A DNA stretch of 64,000 nt. Origin: Phycisphaerae bacterium (GTDB taxonomy: Bacteria > Planctomycetota > Phycisphaerae > SM23-33). Shown one piece after another: positions 26,574 to 36,650 of this stretch. The DNA lies in the NCBI GenBank assembly GCA_963664745.2, contig CAXXMC010000001.1:264-64263 (forward strand), in the 5' to 3' direction. Below the pieces are notes generated by a model. That model searched no databases. It had not been told where the DNA came from and saw only the letters and a program-made list of their open reading frames with translations. The position numbers and the translations under genes were made by a program. Position 1 is the stretch's first letter. Each line of letters starts with the position of its first letter.

Positions 26574-28376
26574 ATGTTATCAAAAGAAGCAAAAGGAATT
26601 CAAGGTTTTGTGAGTTTATTGCATCGTTATTTTAGTCCCAACAGAAGTATTTCGCCAGGCATCTCAGGAAAAAAAGGAAAATTTCATTCTCGACCTTGTA
26701 ATGAAGTCGGGCCAGCTTTCGAACATCTGGAAGAACGTGTTTTACTGAGTGCTTCAATTGAACCTTCTGTTTTTGAGTCTTTGCAGACGGAATCTTCCGG
26801 TCCTGCTGCTAGATGCGCGATTGTACAAGCCAATTTCGGCAATGTTGGTGAGCCGGGAATTCTGGGTGACTACAACTGCGATGGTGTTGTTTCTGCGGGT
26901 GATCTAGCTTACGCGCAAATGCTTGGTGTCGATAGTGGCGAACCCGTAGGCCTGGCCAATGCTTACACTACTGTCCAGAGCAATTTTGGGGCAGTCAGTC
27001 TTGAGTCTGAATTGCCTATCGAAGGTACGGGAAGACTTCCAGGGGATGCCAATGACGATGGCGTCGTCTCGGCTGGTGATTATGCCAGTGTACAGGCCAA
27101 TTTCGGCAGTACAGGCATTGTGCTGACAGATCCCTATGTAGATGTTAGGGGGTATGCTTCATTTTCCGATGCCGTCGCAGCCATAGGTACCACCAACGCA
27201 ACACTGCTTATTCCCGACTTACAGAATGTTGATTCTAATGTATTTGTTGGAACGAATATTACCCTTGAATTCCTGCAAGGCGGTTCACTGTATATCGGTA
27301 GTAACATAACTCTTGCAATTGGAGGCGAGATCGATGCCGGGTTACATAATATTTTCCAAGGATCTGGAAATGTTGTATTTGGTACTTATTCAAATACATC
27401 CGCACTTTACCCCCAATGGTTTGGCGCAAAGCTGGACGGAGCGACTGATGATATTGATGCGATGGAAAAGACAGTTGCCTGCCTCCAAGCCAGTGGTGGC
27501 GGAGAAATTCACATTACCAACAAAATGGTTATTGGTAGAACGCTGGTTTTCACAGGTTCGATTCAGAATCTCCCAGCTCAGAGTCCAAACTATTATGGTT
27601 TGATTAAAGTCAAAGGTACTGGCCCCAACGCTGGTATTTACGGCACGGTTTCGACCGGTAATCTGGTTCAACTTGGAACGACCGGCAACGATAACATGGA
27701 ATTCCGTTTGGATCTGGAAGATTTGATCATCGACGGTGGTATGAGAAACGTTACTGTTATTCATGGCGGAGTAAATGATGGTAATCATACGGTCAATTTC
27801 GATAATCTTCTTATTAAGGGGTTTAGTGGGTCAAATTCAGTTGGAATAGACTCTGGCCGAATAACAGACAGTATGATTCGGAATGTTGTTGTCCAAGGCC
27901 AGGGAAGCGGCAAGGGTATTGTTGCCAGACGATCTACGATGCAACTCATGGATTGCCGAATTCTTTACGCCGAACACGGCCTGTATATCCCCAATACCCA
28001 AGAAGCAAACGCGCAGATGATCGGGGGGGGAATTCTGGTGTGCCAGAACTGCATTACATTTGAAGGCCCGAGCCCTAGCTGGAACGCGAACTATTTTATG
28101 GGTACCTTCCTTGGCGAAAATCGGGTCGGAACAAAGATTGTCAACGTAGTGAATCCAGCCCCTCATGGAAAAGATATCGCAGCTTTGACATTCCAGGGTT
28201 GTCTATTTTCTTCTGAGGATTCAAGTCAGCCGCTTCTTGATTTTTCAGATTTTTACGGCCCGATCAATCTTATCGGCTGTGCAGTGTGGGGGCAATCCCT
28301 TAGCACCATTGTTCGAGTAGGGCCAAATGTCGAACTGGTTATGATTGGAAACGCCAATCTTATACAGGAGTCATGA
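26574..28376 (+). CDS. Pectate-lyase-superfamily beta-helix protein with an N-terminal LEERVLLSA leader and dockerin-like repeats (paralogue of 24765..26429)
   Basis: The ATG at 26574 is preceded by ggagga. The N-terminus carries ..FEHLEERVLLSA.., followed by the repeats ..GDYNCDGVVSAGDLAYAQ.. and ..GDANDDGVVSAGDYASVQANFG.. The beta-helix core then starts as ..LYPQWFGAKLDGATDDIDAMEKTVACLQASGGGEIHI.. It lacks the last ~100 aa of its paralogue. Confidence 0.8.
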   Translation: MLSKEAKGIQGFVSLLHRYFSPNRSISPGISGKKGKFHSRPCNEVGPAFEHLEERVLLSASIEPSVFESLQTESSGPAARCAIVQANFGNVGEPGILGDYNCDGVVSAGDLAYAQMLGVDSGEPVGLANAYTTVQSNFGAVSLESELPIEGTGRLPGDANDDGVVSAGDYASVQANFGSTGIVLTDPYVDVRGYASFSDAVAAIGTTNATLLIPDLQNVDSNVFVGTNITLEFLQGGSLYIGSNITLAIGGEIDAGLHNIFQGSGNVVFGTYSNTSALYPQWFGAKLDGATDDIDAMEKTVACLQASGGGEIHITNKMVIGRTLVFTGSIQNLPAQSPNYYGLIKVKGTGPNAGIYGTVSTGNLVQLGTTGNDNMEFRLDLEDLIIDGGMRNVTVIHGGVNDGNHTVNFDNLLIKGFSGSNSVGIDSGRITDSMIRNVVVQGQGSGKGIVARRSTMQLMDCRILYAEHGLYIPNTQEANAQMIGGGILVCQNCITFEGPSPSWNANYFMGTFLGENRVGTKIVNVVNPAPHGKDIAALTFQGCLFSSEDSSQPLLDFSDFYGPINLIGCAVWGQSLSTIVRVGPNVELVMIGNANLIQES

Positions 28377-28562
28377 ATTGGGAACGGAGAAGTAAAAACT
28401 TCTCAAACCGATAAAGAGCAGAAAGGCATATTTTGAGAAGATTTCTATTGGATGCAAAATTAATCAAAAGATCGGTTTTGATTATCATGATATTGTTTTT
28501 AACTTCTTGCCCGCTTTGGGCAGAGAGCAAACAGGGAGTTGACTTATCACAGATCAAGGAAG

Positions 28563-29927
28563 CCTTCACAGATTTGCGGGTATGAGTTTGGGATATGTGG
28601 TGTTTGTGTAGGTGGCATTAACGGCATCGAGGAAGAATTGGTAGACGCTTTTTTTGTGCCGAGCACAGGTAGCGACTACTGTTCATGCTCTTTCGCACCA
28701 GCGCATGCCGGCAAAGCTTCGCGTGCCTTGTGTTACACGCCGGTCTATCACTACAAAACGAATAGCCTGTTCAGAAGCGTTATTTGTCGGCGGCACTCCC
28801 TCTTGCTCCAAGAATAAAAAGTAGCCTTTTTTGCCGGAGTGGTTAAATCGTTTTTTGATGTTAAATGCATCGTTGTGGTCCGGCGGCTTGTGGACTTTTT
28901 ACAAAATGTTTTTCGAAGTTTTTCAATCGCCTTTTTATAACGTCCATGATGCCGCAGCCTTCGCGTTTTCCACAATTCAAAAAGTTTTCGCAAAATTGCC
29001 AATAAGCCTTCAGCCCAACGCTGAACCGTTTTATGGCTTAGTGTCGTCAGAAACTTTATATCTCGAACCAGGTGTGCCCAGCAATATTGAACTGGAATAC
29101 CGTGGTCTTTTATGAATTTCTTGTTGGCTGAGTAGTAATCGCAAACCACAATTCCACTGAAGTCAGCACCAAGGATGTCTATCAGAACTTTTGATGCACG
29201 AGAATTGCTGATATGGAAAAACACCGCCTGCGGCGTCTGTTGGCACCACGTCCATGCGGATTTATAGGCTGGATTTTTATGGCCTTTTTCGTCAGTTCCT
29301 ACAATTGGAGAATTTCTGATGAATTCAGCAACTTCAAAATAAGCAGGCTGCAATGCAGCCGAAAGTTTTCCAGTACATGTCTTGGACAGAAAACCTTGAC
29401 AGACATCAAGATTCATTATGTCGCTATAAAATGCCTGTAACGTAGAGTCACTCATGTGGCCGCGTGATTTGAGATAACCGGTCAATGATATCATCCTCGG
29501 CGAGAACAAACCGGCCTTGCGAATTTCCTTCGGCAATTTGGCTTTGATGATTTTGCCGTTTTGATCTGCATATAGCTGAACGCGATGTTGGATCACATCA
29601 TACAACTGCTCTGGCAAATCAATCTGTTGCAGAGCTGGCTCAGTCTCGTCGAGTGGAATCAAACCGCGTCGTCGAACTTCATCATCCGGGAGTTTGTGGA
29701 TAACGATTCGATCTATTTCATCATCCGAGAATGGCTGGCGAGTGTGTTTCTTGTGCCCTTTTTGACCGCCGATTTTACGCTTCTCCTTTTTCTTCCTGCC
29801 TGGCTGGGGATCGACAATATCAGATGATAGCGGCTTGGAAGAATTGGACGAGTTCTTTTCGAGCTTGGCGATCTTGTCGCGGAGTTGCAATACAAGCTCG
29901 CGGAGCTCTGAATTTTCTTTCTGTAGC
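28563..29927 (-). pseudogene. IS66-family transposase, degenerate (5'-truncated, frameshifted, premature TGA)
   Basis: ORF 28751..29890 carries the IS66-type core (..CWAHLVRDIKFL..). Three defects are visible:
- The first ~9 codons and the upstream end are replaced at ~29928 by another IS fragment.
- The conserved C-terminal block GVPPTNNASEQAIRFVVIDRRVTQGTRSFAGMRWCE is readable only in a different frame.
- That frame hits TGA at 28683..28685, where the paralogous fragment at 40683..40685 has TGG. Confidence 0.8.
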
Positions 29928-30395
29928 CACAGAGGGCGCCGAAAGCTTAAACTACAACTACCAGGTGCGACTTATCCGTCAAGCTCTTTTGCGAAGGAAA
30001 TTTCTTGCCGTAATATTCAACGATGTCATCAAATCACGTGTCAGGCTTCTTACATTCCAATAAAACAAGCTGCTGACACGCTACAAGCTTTTCCTACCAT
30101 CAATCTAGCCTGTAAATTTGGACAAACCCAAAAAAAACGATCGCGTTTCTTCAGCCTCGGCTCGGGCTTTTGACGTTTCAGAACAACAAGTTGTTGCCGC
30201 AACGCAAGATTCTCCTCAACCAGACTTGCCCGAGAAAAGAAGAACGCTCGAATAATCAATAAAAGACACCACGCAAAAACCATAAAAATCTCCAAACTCA
30301 TAACAATAAAGGAAGATTTTATCACGATTTGATGAATATGGCAATCGTCATAAGTCCTTATCTACAAGGGAGGACAGAGTTTTCGGTAGGGACAG
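29928..30395 (-). pseudogene. 5' fragment of an integrase-core (rve, IS481/IS3-like) IS; decayed
   Basis: ORF 30050..30325 reads ..ENLALRQQLVVLKRQKPEPRLKKRDRFFWV.., which is the typical N-terminus of rve-type transposases. Downstream there are stops and frame breaks (..KPDT, then TGA TGA). A second copy of the same end lies at ~40320..40559. Confidence 0.6.
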
Positions 30396-30819
30396 CGCAT
30401 CAGTTGGCAATATCTTACGATCTTGCTAACAATAACCCTTTTCAACCGTGTCCATCCCGAAAACCCCATCCGACTGTTTTTTGCGTACGAAAAAGCGAAT
30501 TTAGGAAGCAGTTGATTTCGACACGATTGTCTTGGAATGCAGGTTTTGGCCAAGAATGCCGGCAAAAATTCCGTTTTTTCATTGTTCACGCAGACGAAGA
30601 GTGACAACCTGAAACAGTTGTTGTTAAATCTGATGAGCCAGGGTTCTGCTAAGCTACACGTCGGTAGCGATGGTGCAAGCCGCCGAGGATCAGCTTTGCG
30701 ACTGAACATTTTGAAAAACGCGATGATTATTAACTTCGTTAACTCCAACAGGTTTCTCCCATCAATGAAAAGCGAGAGATTCTACAGGAGAAGCATAGAC
30801 CGGTCAAACGCGTAAAAGC

Positions 30820-32136
30820 TTATAACGGCAATTGGCTTCGATCTCCAAGCTGTGGCGTTGCATACAGCGGCCAAAATACCAGCTTCTGCTCAGACAACTC
30901 GCAATATGGGCCATCTTGCAAGACCCAGCCTTGCGGACAATTCGGATAAGTTTCAAGCATTAGGTGCAAGCTTCGAAGTTTACCAGCGGGGCCAGACTTG
31001 ACCTCAATGGGGTAAATCTGGCCACTCTGAATTGCTAAACAATCAACTTCGGCATTTGAGTTTCTGACATTGCGTGCCCAGTAATACAACTCCCGGCTGT
31101 GCCATGCAAGCATTTCCTGAGCAACAAACTGTTCTGCTAATTTCCCGCGATACATGGCCAAAAGGTTTTCTTGGACCAATTCAGTTGGAATGTCAAGCCC
31201 GCAGAGTCGTTGCAGTAATCCGATATCAAGCATGCATGCCTTGAAATTTTTGCCGCGAGAGCCGCCCAATGGTAGGCCTGATGGGTCGCACGATGATATT
31301 TTATGAAGCACCTTGGCCTTCACGAGTAGATCAAACGCTTTTCGGTTAGTCACACCGCTGGCCCCTTCATAGAGACGGGTATATTTGATCTGATCACCAA
31401 CAGACTTGGCTGCACTTGTAAAAACTTCATCCAGACAGGATTCATTCACACGTGGTTTGTACTTGGAAAAATCTTCCCTGTAAGAATCGAGTATTTGTGA
31501 TTGAACGTTGGACGATTCAAGTTTGGAATGTGTATCTCTGTAGGCCTTGACGGCTTCGGGCATCCCTCCTATAAAGAAATAGTGCTTGAGCTCATCAAGA
31601 ATCGATCGGCAAACCAGTTCGGAATGTTTTTGTGGCGGAGTTAAAAGCCTTTCAGCCATGACATCTTTGCCTATAGCCAGCAGATATTCATAAAACGTCA
31701 TTGGGTGTACAAAAAGGTATTGCACACGACCAACCGGGACAGAAATCTCGCCAAAAGCAAACTCCAGCATTGAACCCGCAGCTACAACATGAAGCTCGGG
31801 CATTTCTTCATAAAAATATCGAAGGGCTGTAATCGCTCTTGGACAGGCCTGGATTTCATCAATGAAAAGCAGCGTTTTCCCCGGAATGATCCGACCAGCT
31901 AATGGCTCCATTGCCTCAATAATCCGTAAGGGATCAAGATTGTCACCAAACGCAGCATGAAGTTGATGTTGTCTTTCCAGGTCAACCTTGACGAAATTAT
32001 CAAACTGATTGGCAAGCCTATTTTCCACCAGCCATGTTTTCCCTACTTGCCGGGCTCCTCGAATTATCAGAGGTTTGCGACGCGGTGAATCTTTCCAGGC
32101 TTGTAGTTCTTTTTCGATCAGTCGCTTCATCTTCAT
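30820..32136 (-). CDS. AAA+ ATPase, AAA_14/DUF4143 family
   Basis: This is a 438-aa ORF. Walker A is GARQVGKTW and Walker B is LLFIDEIQ. The C-terminal region is DUF4143-type (..AEVDCLAI..IYPIEVKSG..). Confidence 0.8.
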   Translation of the reverse strand: MKMKRLIEKELQAWKDSPRRKPLIIRGARQVGKTWLVENRLANQFDNFVKVDLERQHQLHAAFGDNLDPLRIIEAMEPLAGRIIPGKTLLFIDEIQACPRAITALRYFYEEMPELHVVAAGSMLEFAFGEISVPVGRVQYLFVHPMTFYEYLLAIGKDVMAERLLTPPQKHSELVCRSILDELKHYFFIGGMPEAVKAYRDTHSKLESSNVQSQILDSYREDFSKYKPRVNESCLDEVFTSAAKSVGDQIKYTRLYEGASGVTNRKAFDLLVKAKVLHKISSCDPSGLPLGGSRGKNFKACMLDIGLLQRLCGLDIPTELVQENLLAMYRGKLAEQFVAQEMLAWHSRELYYWARNVRNSNAEVDCLAIQSGQIYPIEVKSGPAGKLRSLHLMLETYPNCPQGWVLQDGPYCELSEQKLVFWPLYATPQLGDRSQLPL

Positions 32137-32398
32137 AACTCCTATTTAGAAATCAAAGCCAAAACAGCAGTTTTGGTTTTAGTTTTCATGCCATATTTAA
32201 TCTGTTTTGATTTAGAAATACAATCATAAATCAAAATTAAAGATCATCTTTGCCGATTTGTAACCGTCGGCAATCTTACCATACACGGTGCCGGTCGCAG
32301 TACATGATACGCTCTGGCCTGAGAATCTAAACTATGTATTTCCATATTAACTCTTTCTTACAAATAATTTATGAATAGATTGGCGGGCTTTGCGTTTT

Positions 32399-32668
32399 CA
32401 AAAAGTGTTGCCCCTGAATTGTCCTCAAAATGGAGTCAAAAATAGTAAGAAATCGTGTAGGAATAGTAAACAATAGAAGATTGATAAACCTCTGGCACCT
32501 CAGGGCTTAATCGCTAAATTCTTGACACAAAAGACCTTACAAAATCGCCTGCAAAAGAATCCCACCCTCTCCGATACCCCAAAAGTTGGTTTCTTAAGTG
32601 CTTTTAATATAGACACTTATGAAATCCACTTTTCATTTTTTACCCCTGTTGCCCTCAAGTTGCCCCTG
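32399..32668. repeat. Copy B of the ~270-bp non-coding interspersed repeat (copy A at 5111..5380)
   Basis: It is the same length and orientation as copy A, with near-identical flanking blocks and a divergent centre. Like copy A, it sits about 220-260 bp upstream of a DUF4143 ATPase gene start. Confidence 0.85.
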
Positions 32669-33149
32669 AACTCGGAATAATCGGTCAAGAAAAAAACCTA
32701 ATAACAAGGAGGGGCGAAATATTTGGAAGGAACAAATACATTGAATCTGTCAAAGGGAAGATATGGATAAACACTTGATGGTTGTTTTTTTAACTTGTTG
32801 GCAGACGTCTTCGCTGTGCCCCACAATGGAGTCTTCCTTGATGATCTTGCCGTTTACGTCAAAATGCAGACTGCCGTAAAACGAAGTTGGACATCCAAGC
32901 GAACAAAATAATGGTGCGATGCTTTTAAGTTCATGAGCAGTCCTAATCTTTTGGGTATTAACATGAGATGATGGTCAGTCCATCAAATCAGTTCTATCTT
33001 ACCCAAACTTCCTGCTGGGCACGACGATCCCTTGGACAGATTGCTCATAGTTTCAACACCTTTTGTCTCACCAAACAAAATATGACAGGCATGGTATTGA
33101 ACAAATACAAAACCCTGCCTGTCATATTTGTTATTTATTCGAATTGGAA

Positions 33150-34592
33150 TTACTTACGTCTGCCTCTAAGCAAAACAATTCCGCTGAGAAGCAAAAAGCT
33201 CATAGTAGTCGGTTCAGGAATTACACCAGCACCAGCACTGGCAAGAGTATTTCCAAAGTTAGCCTGCACGGCGGCGTAATCACCAGCCGAGACAACACCA
33301 TCATTGTTGGCATCGCCAAGAATGCCTACACCAACATTTCCGAAGTTTGCTTGCACACTAGCATAATCACCAGCCGACACAACGCCGTCGTGATTGGCAT
33401 CGCCCATAAGGAAAACAAAGGGAATAACGTCAACTGTAGGTATTATATCGCTTGCATCAAAATATCCGTCACCCGTTGCGTTCAATAAGCCCACAACAGT
33501 TGCGCGGAAATTCTCGGCAGTAAGGCCTTCCTCTGTCGTCAGGGTGCCCAGCAGAGCTTGTGCATTCAGAACGACACCAGATTCGTTGACATCTTCCTTG
33601 CCGATACCTGAAATAGCAGAATTGGCGTTTTGATAATTACCGGCATTAAAGCTGCCTGCGATTTCATCCTGTAATGCGTTGGCGGCCAGAAAACCTTCCG
33701 TAGCACTACAGAGTGTGTTTTCCACATAACTCACCGTTCCAGAGGTAGCGCCGTCAACCCAGATTTCGTAAGCTGCCAATCCCGCGGTATCGTCTCCAGA
33801 AACATCAACCAGAACCTCCCATGTTCCTGGCGAAGTTTCCTTGAAGGTGTATTGCACAGCCATGAGTTCATTGACAAGTTCCCAATCCTGCATTTGGGAA
33901 GCATTGGTGTATTTGTACGTACGAGAGTTTATACTCATATGGCCATAGTTATCGGCTCCCTTATCGCCAACAACCATATCCACCCCTACCGTGTCGCCCA
34001 CTGACAATGTCTGAAGAGAACCGGTTGTTATATCGTTAAGAGCTGGTAAACGCATTTCATATGTAAGCGAGTTACCGCTAACGTTGACCGCAAGATCAAT
34101 TACAGCGTTTGGCCAGTTGACGGGATCCGGCAGAAGATACGCGGAACCCAGAGTACACCATGCTGAATTAGGCGTCAGAGGAGTACTACTCACACCGCTT
34201 GGGCTGTCACCTTTTATACCCAATGCGTAGTCCTGGGCTGTGACCCAACCTGTAGTATCGTAGGGAGAAGCGTTATCATTATTGGCATTTATATATACTG
34301 ACATACCATCCTGGGCATTCCAAGCGATAGGCGTCTGTGCGAAGTTCAGGTCGGCATCGTCATAGGTTACGGCCATGTAGATATTGTTCGTATCCCATTT
34401 AACAGCCATATATGCATTGCTGATATTAACAGGATTACCAAAAGTCACTGTGTCTATTGGAATCCAATTGGCTCCTGCCCAATCACTCAGATCCGCATCT
34501 ATCGCTGCAGTGCCATGAGCCATTTTCAACGACTGACCAAATGCTGCACAACTCATTGCTAAAATTATCGAAATAATTAAAATCTTGTTCAT
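33150..34592 (-). CDS. Secreted CBM9/DOMON-like carbohydrate-binding protein with two dockerin-like repeats and a PEP-CTERM anchor
   Basis: The ATG at 34592 has the RBS aggaag, and the signal peptide is MNKILIISIILAMSCAAFG. The N-terminal ..AIDADLSDWAGANWIPID.. resembles CBM9-type modules. The repeats are GDANHDGVVSAGDYASVQANFG and GDANNDGVVSAGDYAAVQANFG. The C-terminus is IPEPTTMSFLLLSGIVLLRGRRK. Confidence 0.75.
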   Translation of the reverse strand: MNKILIISIILAMSCAAFGQSLKMAHGTAAIDADLSDWAGANWIPIDTVTFGNPVNISNAYMAVKWDTNNIYMAVTYDDADLNFAQTPIAWNAQDGMSVYINANNDNASPYDTTGWVTAQDYALGIKGDSPSGVSSTPLTPNSAWCTLGSAYLLPDPVNWPNAVIDLAVNVSGNSLTYEMRLPALNDITTGSLQTLSVGDTVGVDMVVGDKGADNYGHMSINSRTYKYTNASQMQDWELVNELMAVQYTFKETSPGTWEVLVDVSGDDTAGLAAYEIWVDGATSGTVSYVENTLCSATEGFLAANALQDEIAGSFNAGNYQNANSAISGIGKEDVNESGVVLNAQALLGTLTTEEGLTAENFRATVVGLLNATGDGYFDASDIIPTVDVIPFVFLMGDANHDGVVSAGDYASVQANFGNVGVGILGDANNDGVVSAGDYAAVQANFGNTLASAGAGVIPEPTTMSFLLLSGIVLLRGRRK

Positions 34593-35178
34593 AATTCTTC
34601 CTTTCAAAATAGTATTAATAGTCCTCTCCTTTAAAGTGAATCATTTATTTGCGGCGTCGCAGAAAAACGGTGCCTCCGATCGTGAGCAAGGAAAGTGTTG
34701 CCGGTTCGGGAGTCGGAACTGCGCCACTACCAGCGACGGTACCATAATTTGCCTGAATGCTGGCAAAATCGCTCGCAGAAACCACACCGTCAAGATTTGC
34801 GTCACCTGGTATCCCAGGTTCTCCAGTATCACCGAAGTTGGATTGAACACTTGCGTAATCTCCTGCGGAAACAATACCATCTCCATTGGCATCGCCTGGC
34901 AGGAACACCACAGGTGCTCGTGAAGTCATAATATTATCGATTACCGTAGCTCCAGCACTTTGGAAGAACATCCCGCCAATAGCCTTGGTGCTTGCTGCAT
35001 CAAGATCGGTTCCAATAGCGTAGGAAGAACTTTCAACTTTTCCAGTGCCGTCGAGATTCGCAATGTATACCTTGAAAGTATCAGCAGTGAAATCTACCTC
35101 AATTCCCACGGTATAATCCGTACGCTCCGAATATGTCAGAACTGGAACAGATACCCAAGCTCCGGTGGATACACTTAG

Positions 35179-36650
35179 TATGACAGCGCTATAAGAATTC
35201 TGCACTTTTTTTAGCTTTTGCCGTTTTCTTTCGGCTGGCATATGATGCTTCGTTACGTATTTGATAATATTGGCACTGTTTTTTTAGCCGGCTCCATGAA
35301 TGCGGAAACTTCTGCCATATCTTCCATGCCAGCATATTCGCAACATCGGCAACCTGTTCCAGCGTTATCTGCGGATTTTTCCCCCCGAAGCCGAGTTGTC
35401 TGGTCGGACAAAAAGTACATTGCCAAACGGCTGGCAAGCCAGTGGCGAATCAGGCTTGTATAAGTGCGAACTTCAAATGCTCCCAATCCGCATTCCTGTT
35501 TGGCTCGCTCAAACCACTTTTCAACATGCCATCGGCAAAAGGCGATTTCCAGCAACGTCTCTAACTTTTCCCTGGCTGGGGCATTGCTTACAAAAAACTT
35601 CATTTCGTCTGTTTGTCTGTTATGGGCAACAATCAGCCAATAGCTGCGATCTGTCGGAACCGGACAATAGGCCTTGCCGTCCTGGTGTTTCACCAGATAA
35701 ACCTGGGCCGACTTTACATGCCATACACATTGGCCTCGGGTCGTATCCTTTATTATCATCTGTTTCCAGGATTGACCGTAAAAGGCTGGGCTGTGAGAAA
35801 CAATTTTATCCGCACGGTGCGAAGAATGCTCAGCCTTATGCGATTTGCACGCAGGTTTTTTGGCCCAGACTCTGAAATTGCACGGAACTTCACCGATGGC
35901 TTTTTGCCCAAGGCGATCCAGTTCGTATACAAACTCTGGCACCTTGCCGTATTCTTCATCATAAGTGACATAATCAAAACGCAGGCCGGCTGACATGGTG
36001 TGCTCAAGCTGCTCAATAGCTATCTTCCAGACGGGACGATAGGTAAGCTCGTCAGGAATACCAGCCCGTTTGCAGCGGTCGCGATCTTCGTTCCAGGATT
36101 TAGGCAAATACAGATCGCTGGCAACAACACAGCTGAAGGGATTCGTGGGATGGTTATCTGTATAAAGCAGATGCTGGCCGATTACACAATTGTCTTTTTT
36201 ACCTGTTTCACCGCACCATTGACGCTGAACTCCGGGGGTGTGCTTTCCCTGCTTTGCGTGTGCCGAGGCATCGAGAACTCCGATTGAAAACTTACCGTGC
36301 TGGCGTTCAACAACTTCACGCACAAGGGTCTTGTCAACTTGCTGATGATCCCATACGAAAAAGGCCAGGAATTCCTGCAAGGTACGAACAGCCACACCGC
36401 TTGCCAACGCGATCGGTTCTATGGATTTGCGTTTCAGATCAGCCATTAGTCCCAAAATATACTTTTGAAGATAATTAAATGTTTTGTTGCGTTTGAAGCA
36501 GTGACGAACTTTCTCCAGAAATTTTGCCAACGCCGGCTCAAATGAAGCCAATTGCTGATAATTCATAACCAAACTCTCCAAATTAAATGCCTTTGAAAAG
36601 TTCATCGGCTAACCTCTAAAGAATTCTTGAGCAGAATTAGCGCTGTCATA
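35179..36650 (-). mobile_element. IS701-family insertion sequence with 4-bp target duplication
   Basis: The inverted termini are tatgacagcgcta at 35179.. and tagcgctgtcata ending at 36650. TTAG is duplicated at 35175..35178 and 36651..36654. The element holds a single transposase ORF. Confidence 0.9.
35253..36605 (-). CDS. IS701-family DDE transposase
   Basis: This is a 450-aa ORF. The N-terminus ..YLQKYILGLMADLKRKSIEPIA.. is typical of IS701. The DDE signature reads ..GVLDASAH.., ..VTYDEEYG.. and ..RWHVEKWFERAKQ.. Confidence 0.85.
   Translation of the reverse strand: MNFSKAFNLESLVMNYQQLASFEPALAKFLEKVRHCFKRNKTFNYLQKYILGLMADLKRKSIEPIALASGVAVRTLQEFLAFFVWDHQQVDKTLVREVVERQHGKFSIGVLDASAHAKQGKHTPGVQRQWCGETGKKDNCVIGQHLLYTDNHPTNPFSCVVASDLYLPKSWNEDRDRCKRAGIPDELTYRPVWKIAIEQLEHTMSAGLRFDYVTYDEEYGKVPEFVYELDRLGQKAIGEVPCNFRVWAKKPACKSHKAEHSSHRADKIVSHSPAFYGQSWKQMIIKDTTRGQCVWHVKSAQVYLVKHQDGKAYCPVPTDRSYWLIVAHNRQTDEMKFFVSNAPAREKLETLLEIAFCRWHVEKWFERAKQECGLGAFEVRTYTSLIRHWLASRLAMYFLSDQTTRLRGEKSADNAGTGCRCCEYAGMEDMAEVSAFMEPAKKTVPILSNT

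Noticed and set aside
5111-32668. The two 270-bp direct repeats, with their tRNA-like segment, might be attL and attR of a 27-kb genomic island.
   Set aside because: - There is no integrase or recombinase between them apart from IS transposases.
- There is no intact tRNA gene at either end.
- The repeats are much longer and more diverged in the centre than typical att sites.
- The flanks on both sides are themselves IS debris.

I keep it only as an alternative under the repeat finding.
32770-32960. A minus-strand open frame without a start codon reads ..ELKSIAPLFCSLGCPTSFYGSLHFDVNGKIIKEDSIVGHSEDVCQQVKKTTIKCLSISSL*.
   Set aside because: It looks like the C-terminal stump of a Cys-rich enzyme left between the repeat and the next gene. 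It has no start, no family assignment and fewer than 75 codons, so I do not annotate it.
22481-35241. The recurrent ~66-nt units encoding GDAN.DGVVSAGDYASVQANFG were considered as a possible CRISPR-like or satellite repeat.
   Set aside because: They are in frame inside ORFs, they occur in pairs within different genes on both strands, and they differ at synonymous positions. They are protein-domain repeats, not a spacer/repeat array. No CRISPR array is visible in the window.
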